Below are positions 46,680 through 56,144 of a stretch of DNA of 64,000 nucleotides, piece by piece; the first letter of the stretch is position 1; each line of letters begins with the position of its first letter. The translations under genes and the position numbers were made by a program. Source of the DNA: a virus; IMG/VR virus record IMGVR_UViG_3300011113_000642, positions 30,855-94,854 of that record; one strand, 5' to 3'. A model generated the notes under the pieces. It saw nothing but the letters and a program-made list of their open reading frames with translations. It did not search any database and was not told the DNA's origin.

Positions 46680-47342
46680 TTATTGTCGATATTTTCTTTT
46701 ATTTTTTGCAATAAAAAAACAACTCAATCCAATAAAACTTACTGGTTCTGGAACCAAAATTGGTTGATTACATATATCTAAATCTTCTGTTGGCAAATAT
46801 AATCCAGAATTATATGCATTTAAAGGCAAAAAATTGTAAGTAAAGTTATTCGGAATTGCAATATTAGGTAAAACTTTTGGATTGCTAATAGAGTCATCTG
46901 ATAGAGACTTTATTTTAGGAAAAAAAGTATTTTCTTCGTTATTTACATAACTAGTTTCTATTTGTTGTATAGAATTTATATTTTTTTTATTTTCTTCTTT
47001 ATTGTGTTCCGAACTGATTGAAAGCTCATCTACTAGTTCGTATGGTTTAATATTATTTTTTGATATTTTTTTGTCAAAATTTAATGGCTGTTCTTTATTT
47101 TCAATATTTGAATTATTTTCTTTAATTTTAGTTTTTTCTGGACTTTCTACAGAAGATATAGCCGTTTTTGTGGTATCTAATACAGCTATTAAAGCTTTAG
47201 CACCTTGCTCACCCAAAAGAGTAATTGCTGCAGTGCAAACTATAGTCATTACATAAACTTTTTTTTGTAATTTTTTAACGTTTTGTTTTGCTTCTTCACA
47301 AAGTTTTGCACAGGGTTCGCATACTTGTGGTTTATTTGCCAT
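46680..47342 (-). CDS. membrane protein with PEP-CTERM-like sorting signal
   Basis: N-terminal hydrophobic segment; low-complexity N/S/E/K middle; C-terminus VPEP-VSFIGLSCFFIA-KNKRKYRQ. Confidence 0.65.
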   Translation of the reverse strand: MANKPQVCEPCAKLCEEAKQNVKKLQKKVYVMTIVCTAAITLLGEQGAKALIAVLDTTKTAISSVESPEKTKIKENNSNIENKEQPLNFDKKISKNNIKPYELVDELSISSEHNKEENKKNINSIQQIETSYVNNEENTFFPKIKSLSDDSISNPKVLPNIAIPNNFTYNFLPLNAYNSGLYLPTEDLDICNQPILVPEPVSFIGLSCFFIAKNKRKYRQ

Positions 47343-47398
47343 AATAGTCTTTCTGCTCTAATAGAGACTAATATAAATAATCCACTTTAAAATTTTTT

Positions 47399-47710
47399 TT
47401 ATTTGGATGTATCGGGGTCAATAGAAACTTTTTTGACTTTAGTACTAATTGTTGTGCTTTGTGGTTCTTCCTCAAGGCAGTTTATTGGTTTTTTAATCAA
47501 ATTTCTATAGCCCCACATTAAACCAAGAAGTGCAACAGGACCATACCAAAACAACCATCCATAAGACATTTCTGTTGGTCCGGGTTGTGCAATGTGATCT
47601 TTTAATTGCATCATAACAACATTATCAGATGTGTTATCTGGAACAATTTCTGGATTGGTGCTGCAGGCTACAAGAAAAGTTAGTGTTAAAATAGATAAAA
47701 TATATTTCAT
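47399..47710 (-). CDS. lipoprotein with additional TM segment (spanin-like)
   Basis: Signal peptide with LVAC lipobox; second hydrophobic helix WLFWYGPVALLGLMWGY. Confidence 0.6.
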   Translation of the reverse strand: MKYILSILTLTFLVACSTNPEIVPDNTSDNVVMMQLKDHIAQPGPTEMSYGWLFWYGPVALLGLMWGYRNLIKKPINCLEEEPQSTTISTKVKKVSIDPDTSK

Positions 47711-47719
47711 GGTTGCTCC

Positions 47720-48157
47720 TTATGATTTTCTGTTTGCTGCTGCCGAACCAAAATAGAATCCAACAATACTTAATAAAATTTCTCTATTTTCAGAAGACCA
47801 GAAGAATCCATTAATTTCTACAAATACCTTCTTGCTAGTTTCTGGAATTAAGCCAAATAAACCCTCGGGATTCTTTACATCTACCTCAATAAAAGTTGGT
47901 ACACCAAAGAATGGTAAAATAAAGGGTGCTGCAAAAGCTCCAAATAGAACTGTAAGGACGATAATTTGCCGTACAACTCTACCCGCATCAAGTGGTACTC
48001 GTTCTGCAGCTTTATTTTGATTTTCTGTAGTTTGTTTGTTTGCCTGAATAAGTCTCTCAAATATTTCTTTTTGATCTTGGCTTTTTTGAGCCATGTAACG
48101 AAAAAGAAACCCAGTTGCTCCACCAGCTACCATACTTATTAATTCTGTCGAAAACAT
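47720..48157 (-). CDS. multi-TM membrane protein, holin candidate
   Basis: Two to three hydrophobic segments; ends IVGFYFGS plus basic tail. Confidence 0.55.
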   Translation of the reverse strand: MFSTELISMVAGGATGFLFRYMAQKSQDQKEIFERLIQANKQTTENQNKAAERVPLDAGRVVRQIIVLTVLFGAFAAPFILPFFGVPTFIEVDVKNPEGLFGLIPETSKKVFVEINGFFWSSENREILLSIVGFYFGSAAANRKS

Positions 48158-48165
48158 AATTTACC

Positions 48166-48756
48166 TCAGTTCTTTTGATAGGAAAGTTGAATTTCTATTG
48201 AATCTCTTGTAGTTTCTGCGTAATCCATTATTGAATTTTGATTTTCCATGTCTGGTGCAAAATCAAAATGCCACTGTAATAAAATAAAACCTATATTTAA
48301 ATTTTTAGATCGCAATGGTAAACAGGCGTAATGTGAAATATTTTCATCTTCAAAAAAGTGTTTTGCGTAAGAATTTGGCATTGCTTCTACGTGGTGTATG
48401 GTTGGTTTATTTTCAAGAATTTTATGAAGCAAAGGAATAAAAAGAGAACAAAGAACATTTTTAAATTTTAATGATTGAGAAATATAGCCTCTATGGGAAG
48501 ATTCATGGGTGATTGAAAATTTTCTCATTGATATACCATCCATAAAGTATTCGCCATTGTGGAATTGTAAAATGCTTACCCTCATCGCTTTACTGTTAAC
48601 ACGAAGTTCTGTTAAGAGTTCATGAATTTCTGTGTGTATTGCAATAAAATTATCTGTTTTTTTACTAGATGACCAAAATTTTTTAATTCCGTAGCCCAAA
48701 CCTAAAATTCCAGCTACAGAATATGCTACTATTTCAAATACTTTTGGTAAATCCAT
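48166..48756 (-). CDS. T4 holin T-like protein (single N-terminal TM plus GAF-like soluble domain)
   Basis: TM IVAYSVAGILGLGYGI; RVSILQFHNG...FSITHE; CTAAATA late promoter on the minus strand near 48780. Confidence 0.55.
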   Translation of the reverse strand: MDLPKVFEIVAYSVAGILGLGYGIKKFWSSSKKTDNFIAIHTEIHELLTELRVNSKAMRVSILQFHNGEYFMDGISMRKFSITHESSHRGYISQSLKFKNVLCSLFIPLLHKILENKPTIHHVEAMPNSYAKHFFEDENISHYACLPLRSKNLNIGFILLQWHFDFAPDMENQNSIMDYAETTRDSIEIQLSYQKN

Positions 48757-48785
48757 AAAAAAACTCCGTGTCTTAATATTTAGAC

Positions 48786-48821
48786 TTGACGAGCCCCCAA
48801 TATGGGGTATATTATTAGCCT
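48786..48821 (+). promoter_or_regulatory. sigma70-type promoter for the DUF1599-gp43 operon (near-leaderless)
   Basis: TTGACG-N16-TATATT-N8-ATG; CCCCA-ATA-TGGGG palindrome in the spacer. Confidence 0.6.
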
Positions 48822-49148
48822 ATGACTACAAGAGAAGACTTATTTAAACTACACGAATCAATCTCCAAAGAAGCCCTAGAATTGATGAAAAAGAAGAACA
48901 ATGACTATGCTTCTGGTTCTGACCCTTTTATGAATTTTCGTAGAGCAGAATATCTGGGTTTTGCTACCGCAGAACTGGGAGTTCTTATTCGTATGACAGA
49001 CAAGATGTCCAGAATTTCTACCTATCTCAATCAAGGTAAACTTTCATTGTCTAATGAGAGCGTTTATGACGCTATTGTTGACATTGTTAACTATAGTGTT
49101 ATACTTGCTGGTCTTCTTAAAGACAAGGAATCAAAGAACGCTAAATGA
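48822..49148 (+). CDS. DUF1599 / nucleotide-modification-associated domain protein
   Basis: KKNNDYA..DPF.NF, GVLIRMTDKMSRI, D..NY. Confidence 0.75.
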   Translation: MTTREDLFKLHESISKEALELMKKKNNDYASGSDPFMNFRRAEYLGFATAELGVLIRMTDKMSRISTYLNQGKLSLSNESVYDAIVDIVNYSVILAGLLKDKESKNAK

Positions 49149-51646
49149 AATTTTATACTGCATGTGCTCTTAAAGGGAACAAGGTTCTTGTTCGTGGCTA
49201 TCGCAATGGAGAACGATTCAGCGAATCGGTTGCATTTAAGCCATCTCTTTTTATTCGTTCTGAAAAGGAGAGCAAGTATCGTACCCTTAAGCAGGTCAAA
49301 GTAAAACGAATGATCTTTGATACCTTGTATGATTGCAGAGAATTTCTTGATCAATATAGAGAACTCGATGACTGTCCGATTTATGGAAACACTGATTTTG
49401 TCACTCAGTATATCATGGAGACTTATCAGGGTGAGATGGTTTACGATCTTTCCAAGATCAAGATAGCCTATCTAGATCTTGAGTGTGAATCTGAGGGTGG
49501 ATTCCCAGATTTGGATAACCCAAATGAAAAAGTAAATCTTATGAGTATACGTATATCAGGCGTTACTCATGTGATTAGTTTTACTCCAATCACATTGCCA
49601 GATTGCAAAGTTTATATGGTTAGTAATGAGAAAGAACTTCTCAAAAAAACTTTTGAAATACTAGCAAAGGAAGATGTTGATGTCCTTACTGGATGGAATA
49701 TCAAGCTGTTCGATATTCCCTACATAATTGGTAGGGCATTACTTTATTTTGAGGAGAAGGAAATCCAGAGTTGGTTGCCATTTGGTTTGATGAAGGTTCG
49801 TCAAACTGATATAGGCGGTAAGATGTATAAACTCTATGAACTTCCTGGATACACAATCCTGGATTACATGGATCTATACAAGAAGTTCTCTGGTACGAGT
49901 CAGGAAAGTTATGCCTTGCAAAACATAGCAAAGGTGGAACTGGATGCTCAAAAATTGGATTATAGCGAATACGGTTCACTTCGGGAGTTTTATCGTCAAA
50001 ACTTTCAAAAGTTTGCGGAATATAACGTCCAAGATGCTATCCTGGTTGAACGACTTGACGATAAACTAAAGCTTATTGATCTGGCAGTTTCTATTGCATA
50101 TGAAGCAAAAATAACTTTTGATACAGTATTTTTTGCCACTCGTATTTGGGAAACCATTTGCTGTGATTATTTGATGCAAAGAGATATTATTCCTCCACTG
50201 AAGCGGAGTTATGCAAAAGATGAACAGTTTGTTGGTGCCTATGTCAAAGATGTTACGCCTGGATTGTACAAAAATGTTGTAAGCTTTGATGCCACCAGCC
50301 TATATCCTTCCATTATTATGCAATGGAATATTTCACCTGATACATGTACAAAAGTCGATACATCAATGAATGCTGATGATTTTTTGCATGGGATTAGAAA
50401 AGATATACCAGATTTGTTGGAGGATGCAGAAAACAAATCTTCATGTATGGCTTGCAATGGATCTATGTTTACAAGAGATGTTCAAGGCTTTATTCCAATC
50501 TTGATTGAACGTACATTCAATCAAAGAAAAGAGGCAAAGTCAAGGATGATTGAACTGGAAAAAGAATATGAACAAACGAAGAACAAAGAGTTACTACCCA
50601 GAATTGCCGCCCTCAAGATACGCCAATCTGTTAAGAAGATTTTGGCAAACAGCCTTTATGGTTGTCTTGGCAATCCTGCCTTTGTGTATTCATCTCCTGA
50701 GTTGGCTACTGCCGTCACAGTCACAGGACAAGTCATTATCCGCAAAGCGGAAATGGCAATGAATTCTTATATTCAAAGCCTCGCTAAAGATAAAAAAGAT
50801 TATGTTCTTGCAGTTGACACAGATTCTGTATACTTAAATCTTGATGCTATAGTACAAAAAATTTCTGAGAAAACTAAAATACCAAATGTAACAGAATTTA
50901 TCAATCAAATCTGTGAACAAAAGATTCAGCCAGAGCTAACAAAAGAGATGAAAATTTTATCTCATTCTCTTGGTTGCGCTGAAAATAAAATTATATTTAA
51001 GCGTGAAGCAATTGCATCTGCTGGAATGTTTATTGCCAAAAAACGATATGCACTTCTCGTTCAAGATCTTGAAGGCGTTCGTTTTGCTGAGCCAAAACTT
51101 AAAATCATGGGCTTGGAAACTGCAAGAAGCAGCACCCCACTTGTAGTGCGTAACAAACTAAAAGATTGTATTAAGATTATCCTTACAAAAACTCCCGAGG
51201 AGCTGCGAAAGTATGTGGATGAATTTTATGATGAATTTATGAAATTACCTATTGAGGATGTCGCATCTCCTCGGGGTGTTAAGGGTATGAACAAATATGC
51301 AGATGTTAGTAATATTTACAAACTTGGAACGCCGATTGCAACGAAAGCAGCATTGTTGCATAATGCTTATGTTAAAAAACTAAATCTTACAAAAGATGTT
51401 CCTGCAATCAAGGAAAATGATAAAATCAAGTTTGTATTTGTTAATGTTCCAAACCCATATGGTAAAGCAAATCGTGATGCTGTTATGGGCTTTGTTGGTA
51501 AGCCACCAAAAGAGTTTCAACTAGAAAAGTATATTGATACCAAGAAACAATTTGATAAAACATTTGGCGAGCCTTTAGAAAATATTTTAACTGCAATTGG
51601 TTGGTCTATAAGTAATAAACTTACACTTGAAGAATTTTTTGTGTGA
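49145..51646 (+). CDS. gp43: family B DNA polymerase gp43
   Basis: Exo DLECE, GWNI..FDIPY; SFDATSLYPS, KILANSLYG, DTDS, KKRY. Confidence 0.97.
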   Translation: MKFYTACALKGNKVLVRGYRNGERFSESVAFKPSLFIRSEKESKYRTLKQVKVKRMIFDTLYDCREFLDQYRELDDCPIYGNTDFVTQYIMETYQGEMVYDLSKIKIAYLDLECESEGGFPDLDNPNEKVNLMSIRISGVTHVISFTPITLPDCKVYMVSNEKELLKKTFEILAKEDVDVLTGWNIKLFDIPYIIGRALLYFEEKEIQSWLPFGLMKVRQTDIGGKMYKLYELPGYTILDYMDLYKKFSGTSQESYALQNIAKVELDAQKLDYSEYGSLREFYRQNFQKFAEYNVQDAILVERLDDKLKLIDLAVSIAYEAKITFDTVFFATRIWETICCDYLMQRDIIPPLKRSYAKDEQFVGAYVKDVTPGLYKNVVSFDATSLYPSIIMQWNISPDTCTKVDTSMNADDFLHGIRKDIPDLLEDAENKSSCMACNGSMFTRDVQGFIPILIERTFNQRKEAKSRMIELEKEYEQTKNKELLPRIAALKIRQSVKKILANSLYGCLGNPAFVYSSPELATAVTVTGQVIIRKAEMAMNSYIQSLAKDKKDYVLAVDTDSVYLNLDAIVQKISEKTKIPNVTEFINQICEQKIQPELTKEMKILSHSLGCAENKIIFKREAIASAGMFIAKKRYALLVQDLEGVRFAEPKLKIMGLETARSSTPLVVRNKLKDCIKIILTKTPEELRKYVDEFYDEFMKLPIEDVASPRGVKGMNKYADVSNIYKLGTPIATKAALLHNAYVKKLNLTKDVPAIKENDKIKFVFVNVPNPYGKANRDAVMGFVGKPPKEFQLEKYIDTKKQFDKTFGEPLENILTAIGWSISNKLTLEEFFV

Positions 51647-51662
51647 GGGAGAATATTAAGAA

Positions 51663-51926
51663 ATGGTAAAGAGGATTAAATCTAGATATGGTGATGAAAG
51701 AATTATCACATCTCTTAAAAATGGACGTTACAAAATCGAAGGCAGGACTTTGTATACTCGTCATGGGGACGGCTTATTTGACTTTGAAGGTGGTCCATGT
51801 TATATCGTTGGCGATAGACTTCTTGATGTTAAAAGCAACCCTATAATTGAAAAAATTGAAATTGATCAAAATGTAGTTGACAAAGACTACGCAGCTGTTA
51901 TACTGCATACTAGAAAGGCACAATAA
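51663..51926 (+). CDS. hypothetical protein
   Basis: GAGGGAG SD; coupled to the next ORF. Confidence 0.65.
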   Translation: MVKRIKSRYGDERIITSLKNGRYKIEGRTLYTRHGDGLFDFEGGPCYIVGDRLLDVKSNPIIEKIEIDQNVVDKDYAAVILHTRKAQ

Positions 51927-52126
51927 TGATTAAGGAAGTGCGTAAACTTATTGCTTATTTTTATGCTACCGTGAAGCGTAATTTTTTACTCCAAGATTGG
52001 ATGGAAAGATTGCAGGCAATTTTTATGGGTCTTGTTGCCGGAATTACCTTAAATATTGGTGAACCGGTGCTAACTGGACTTGTGCTTTTGGCTGCACTTG
52101 TAGATCCAAAGTGGTTTAAAGAATAA
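51926..52126 (+). CDS. small membrane protein
   Basis: Two hydrophobic segments; fills the gap before uvsX. Confidence 0.55.
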   Translation: MIKEVRKLIAYFYATVKRNFLLQDWMERLQAIFMGLVAGITLNIGEPVLTGLVLLAALVDPKWFKE

Positions 52127-52128
52127 TT

Positions 52129-53151
52129 ATGTCAAAGTATCTAAAAAATTTAATAAGCAAAGTAAATAACCCAGACGCAGCAATCGTATCAGAAGGACTT
52201 GAGGGCGCAGATGTAACCGGTTTTATTGATACCGGTTCTTATGCACTTAATGCACTTCTTTCTGGTTCTCTGTTTGGGGGGCTACCAAACAATAAGATTT
52301 CTTGCCTAGCAGGAGATCCAGCAACAGGAAAAACCTTCTATGCCATTGGCATCGCAGGCCAGTTCCTAAAGGATCATAAAGACGGAGTTGTGATTTATTT
52401 TGATACCGAGCAAGCCGTCACTTCAGATATGTTTACTGCAAGGGGCGTTGATCCTGAGCGTGTAGCGGTTATTCCTGTTGCTACAATCGAAGAGTTCAAG
52501 ACACAAGCACTCAAAATTGTGAATGATATTCTTGAACAACCAGAGGATGACCGCAAACCAGTGTTTATGATTCTTGACTCACTCGGAATGTTGTCTACTG
52601 AAAAGGAAATGAATGATTCTGCTGAGGGCAAAAATGTTCGCGATATGACCAAAGCCCAACAGACAAAAGCAACATTCCGTGTGCTTACGCTTAAACTTGG
52701 TAAGGCAAAGATTCCAATGCTTCTTACTAATCACACATATCAAGTTATTGGCGCTTATGTTCCAACTAAAGAATTGGGTGGTGGTATTGGGCTTAAGTAT
52801 GCTGCCAGTAATATTCTTACTCTTTCAAAGAGCAAGGACAAGACTGATGAAGGAGTTGTTGGAAACTTTATCAAGTGCACAAATTATAAAAATAGATTTG
52901 TTAAAGAAAACATGCAAGTTGAAACTCGTTTAAATTATACTTCAGGTCTTAGTCGGTATTATGGACTAACTGATCTTGCAATCAAGTATAACATCTTCAA
53001 GAAAGTTTCTACTCGGATTGAACTTCCTGATGGTTCAAAAGTATTTGAAAAAAATATTGACGATGAACCAGAAAAGTATTTTACAAAAGATATTCTAGAT
53101 AAGCTAGATACTGAAGTACAAAAGGATTTTAAGTATGGCCAAGGTTCCTGA
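52129..53151 (+). CDS. uvsX: RecA-like recombinase UvsX
   Basis: DTGSYALNALLSGS, AGDPATGKTF, LDSLGML, GGG.GLKYAAS. Confidence 0.95.
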   Translation: MSKYLKNLISKVNNPDAAIVSEGLEGADVTGFIDTGSYALNALLSGSLFGGLPNNKISCLAGDPATGKTFYAIGIAGQFLKDHKDGVVIYFDTEQAVTSDMFTARGVDPERVAVIPVATIEEFKTQALKIVNDILEQPEDDRKPVFMILDSLGMLSTEKEMNDSAEGKNVRDMTKAQQTKATFRVLTLKLGKAKIPMLLTNHTYQVIGAYVPTKELGGGIGLKYAASNILTLSKSKDKTDEGVVGNFIKCTNYKNRFVKENMQVETRLNYTSGLSRYYGLTDLAIKYNIFKKVSTRIELPDGSKVFEKNIDDEPEKYFTKDILDKLDTEVQKDFKYGQGS

Positions 53152-53446
53152 ATATAAGTTTAAAGATGAAGAAATAGTTGGACATGATACATGTCCAATT
53201 GAAATTATGGAGGGGCCCTATATCGGCATCATCTATAAATATGGAAAAATTTCTATGTCAGAAACCGATAATGGCGAACTAAGTGTCAACATGGATATTA
53301 CAATTGTTAAAGCACCCGAAGGATTTGATCAGCAGACTAAAGACTTTACACAGACTGTTGGTGAAATTTTTGTAGACATTGTTGAAAAAAATGTTGTAGC
53401 AGATCAACAGCCCGTGGATCTTGAAGATGATGTTCACCAAGATTAA
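53135..53446 (+). CDS. conserved hypothetical protein in the gp40 position
   Basis: I.I.EGPY.GIIYKYG; lies between uvsX and gp41. Confidence 0.65.
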   Translation: MAKVPEYKFKDEEIVGHDTCPIEIMEGPYIGIIYKYGKISMSETDNGELSVNMDITIVKAPEGFDQQTKDFTQTVGEIFVDIVEKNVVADQQPVDLEDDVHQD

Positions 53447-53449
53447 TGG

Positions 53450-53483
53450 TGGACAAGCCTTTTAATAGAAGTATAATCAATAC
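53450..53483 (+). promoter_or_regulatory. sigma70-type promoter, leaderless, for gp41
   Basis: TGGACA-N16-TATAAT-N6-ATG. Confidence 0.78.
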
Positions 53484-54899
53484 ATGGAAACAGTAATCCT
53501 TAAGAACTTGGTACTCAATGAAGAGTACGCAAGAAAAGTCGTACCATTCCTTCAGGAAGAATATTTTCACGACAAATGTGAACGTTCTATCTTTGGTATA
53601 GTTAGTAAATTTATACTTAAGTATAACAATCTTCCTACCAAAGATGCTGTTCTTATCACTCTAGAAAATGATAAAAGCCTTGGTGAGGTTGAATTTAAGC
53701 GTTGTGTTTCTATTAGTGAGGAAATGTATAAAGAGGGTGAAAAGTCCGATACAATTTGGCTTGTAGAAAACACTGAAAAGTTTTGCAAGGAAAAGGCAAT
53801 CTACAATGGTATCATGGAATCTATTGGTATCATTGAAGGAAAAGATAAAGAAAAAACACAGAATGCCATTCCCGAGATTATGTCAAAAGCACTGTCTGTT
53901 TCTTTTGATACTAGAGTTGGCCACGATTTTCTTGAAGATGTTGACGACAGATATGAGTATTATCACCGAGTAGAGGAAAAGGTTCCTTTTGACTTGGAGA
54001 TGTTTAATGTAATTACCCGAGGCGGTACTAGGAAAAAGACTCTCAATGTCGTTATGGCTGCGTCAGGTGTAGGTAAGAGTGCATTTCTTTGTCATCATGC
54101 TGCAGCATGCCTCTCACAAAATTTGAATGTTCTTTATATTACTCTTGAAATGGCCGAAGAGGAGATTGCCAAAAGAATTGATGCAAACCTTCTTGATACA
54201 GATATGCATGTACTTGAAAGTATGCCACAGGTTCAGTATGAAGGTAAGGTTGAAAGCCTAAAGCGAACTTGTAAGGGCAAACTTATTATTAAAGAGTACC
54301 CAACTGCTGCGGCTAATGTAACTCATTTTCGTAATCTAATGGAAGAACTTAAAATCAAAAAAAAGTTTATTCCAGATGTAATTTTTGTAGATTACCTTAA
54401 TATTTGTTCCTGTGCCAGATTTAAACTTGGTAATGGCATGAATAGCTATACTTACGTTAAAGGCATTGCTGAAGAATTGCGTGGTTTAGCAAAACAGTTT
54501 AACATCCCTCTCTGGACTGCCACACAGGTAAATCGTGAAGGTGCTAAGAGCAGTGATATGGAAATGACCGACACATCAGAAAGCTTTGGCCTTCCACAAA
54601 CTGCTGATTTTTTCTTCGCTCTCATTGAAAATGAAGAATTGGCACAGACTGGTCAGTTGATGGTTAAGCAACTAAAGAATCGTGGCAACGACACAACTAA
54701 GAATAGAAAGTTTTTGATTGGTGTTAATAAATCTAAAATGAAATTTTATGATGTAGATAACAGCAACAATAATTTGATCAACGCCAACAATACAGATGAA
54801 GAAGGATTTGGTTCCGGTTCTGATGGTAAAGCATTTGATCCACAGTTTGGCAAGAAGAAGAACAAGATCGTAAATTGGACCTTTGAAGGCGCTAAATAA
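53484..54899 (+). CDS. gp41: replicative helicase gp41
   Basis: ASGVGKS, YITLEMAEEEIAKRIDAN, FVDYLNIC, DTSESFGLPQTAD. Confidence 0.97.
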   Translation: METVILKNLVLNEEYARKVVPFLQEEYFHDKCERSIFGIVSKFILKYNNLPTKDAVLITLENDKSLGEVEFKRCVSISEEMYKEGEKSDTIWLVENTEKFCKEKAIYNGIMESIGIIEGKDKEKTQNAIPEIMSKALSVSFDTRVGHDFLEDVDDRYEYYHRVEEKVPFDLEMFNVITRGGTRKKTLNVVMAASGVGKSAFLCHHAAACLSQNLNVLYITLEMAEEEIAKRIDANLLDTDMHVLESMPQVQYEGKVESLKRTCKGKLIIKEYPTAAANVTHFRNLMEELKIKKKFIPDVIFVDYLNICSCARFKLGNGMNSYTYVKGIAEELRGLAKQFNIPLWTATQVNREGAKSSDMEMTDTSESFGLPQTADFFFALIENEELAQTGQLMVKQLKNRGNDTTKNRKFLIGVNKSKMKFYDVDNSNNNLINANNTDEEGFGSGSDGKAFDPQFGKKKNKIVNWTFEGAK

Positions 54900-55909
54900 T
54901 GCTATACATTGATAAGAAGTATGTGAATCTTGTTTCAGGATCTTTGCAGAAGTTTAAATGGAAGAAAGATTCTCTAGCCACATGCAGATGTTTTAAGTGT
55001 GGCGACTCAAAAAAGAATAAGGCCAAGACAAGGGGTTACTTTTTTGAGCACAATGGAAATTATGTTTACAAATGTCACAATTGCGGTTTTGCTTGTAACT
55101 TATATTCTGTACTTGAAAGTGTCAGCCCGTCTCTCTGTAAAGAGTATGCGTTCGAAGTTTTTAAAGAGAAGACCCCAGAACCAATTACAAAACCCGAGCC
55201 AGTCAAGCGTCAACCAATTTTCTCTGATCTTGGAACCAGGCTTGACTTACTCAATGAAAACCATAAAGCAGTAACCTATGTTAAATCTAGACAAATACCG
55301 AAAGAAAAACTTAGCAATTTTTATTACTGCAGTGATTTTAGTAGAGTCATGCAATCTTTTGGCAAAACTGGATCTAAGGAAGCCAGACTCGTCATACCGT
55401 TCTATGACGAGGTGGGCTCGCTTATTGGGGTGCAGGGACGCATTTTCGAAGAAACAGAAATCCATAGAAAAAGTAAACAAAAAGATGAAAAAATTCGCTA
55501 CATTACTCTCAAAAAAGAAGGGCAAGAAAGGCTTTGGTACAACTTAAATAAAGTCAACCCAAGAGATACTGTATTTGTTACAGAAGGACCGATTGACTCT
55601 ATGTTTATTCCAAATGCAGTAGCAATGCAGGGTGCTGGATGGCTTGAAGAGTTGCCAGAGAAGATTAAAAAGTCAAATGTTGTGTTTATATTTGACAATG
55701 AGCCACGAAATGAAGAAATTGTTACTTTGATTGGTAAATACATTGATGCTGGTAGAAATGTAGTGATATGGCCGGAAGAGATAAATAAGAAAGACATCAA
55801 TGATATGGTTCTTGCGTATGGAGAACCAACCACACTCAAACTCATAATCAATAATGTTTATTCTGGACTAAAAGCAAAGATGAAGTACACTTACTGGAAG
55901 AAGGTTTAA
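54899..55909 (+). CDS. gp61: DNA primase gp61
   Basis: Zn finger CFKCGDS...CHNCG, TEGPIDS, FDNEPRN, KDINDM. Confidence 0.95.
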   Translation: MLYIDKKYVNLVSGSLQKFKWKKDSLATCRCFKCGDSKKNKAKTRGYFFEHNGNYVYKCHNCGFACNLYSVLESVSPSLCKEYAFEVFKEKTPEPITKPEPVKRQPIFSDLGTRLDLLNENHKAVTYVKSRQIPKEKLSNFYYCSDFSRVMQSFGKTGSKEARLVIPFYDEVGSLIGVQGRIFEETEIHRKSKQKDEKIRYITLKKEGQERLWYNLNKVNPRDTVFVTEGPIDSMFIPNAVAMQGAGWLEELPEKIKKSNVVFIFDNEPRNEEIVTLIGKYIDAGRNVVIWPEEINKKDINDMVLAYGEPTTLKLIINNVYSGLKAKMKYTYWKKV

Positions 55910-55910
55910 A

Positions 55911-56144
55911 ATGGATGATAATGATGATATGTCTGAAGAAGATATTTTAAAAGCCAGTGAAGCATATCTTACTTTTGTACACCGTTTTGGTGAATACATT
56001 AAAGAAATGGATCCCGGTCTTTGGTCTAGGGCAAGAGAGTATGCAGCAGATTTTACTCAAATCCCCGGTGTAAAAGTTGAACTTGTAGATAATGATGAGG
56101 ATGATTTAGATGACACAAACAGTGATAAGCATGGAGCAGACTAA
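55911..56144 (+). CDS. small acidic hypothetical protein
   Basis: ORF coupled between primase and thyX. Confidence 0.6.
   Translation: MDDNDDMSEEDILKASEAYLTFVHRFGEYIKEMDPGLWSRAREYAADFTQIPGVKVELVDNDEDDLDDTNSDKHGAD

Noticed and set aside
47343-47372. Small hairpin (TAGTCT...AGACTA) just upstream of the PEP-CTERM-like gene
   Set aside because: Short AT-rich stem, compatible with chance; not enough support for a regulatory call.
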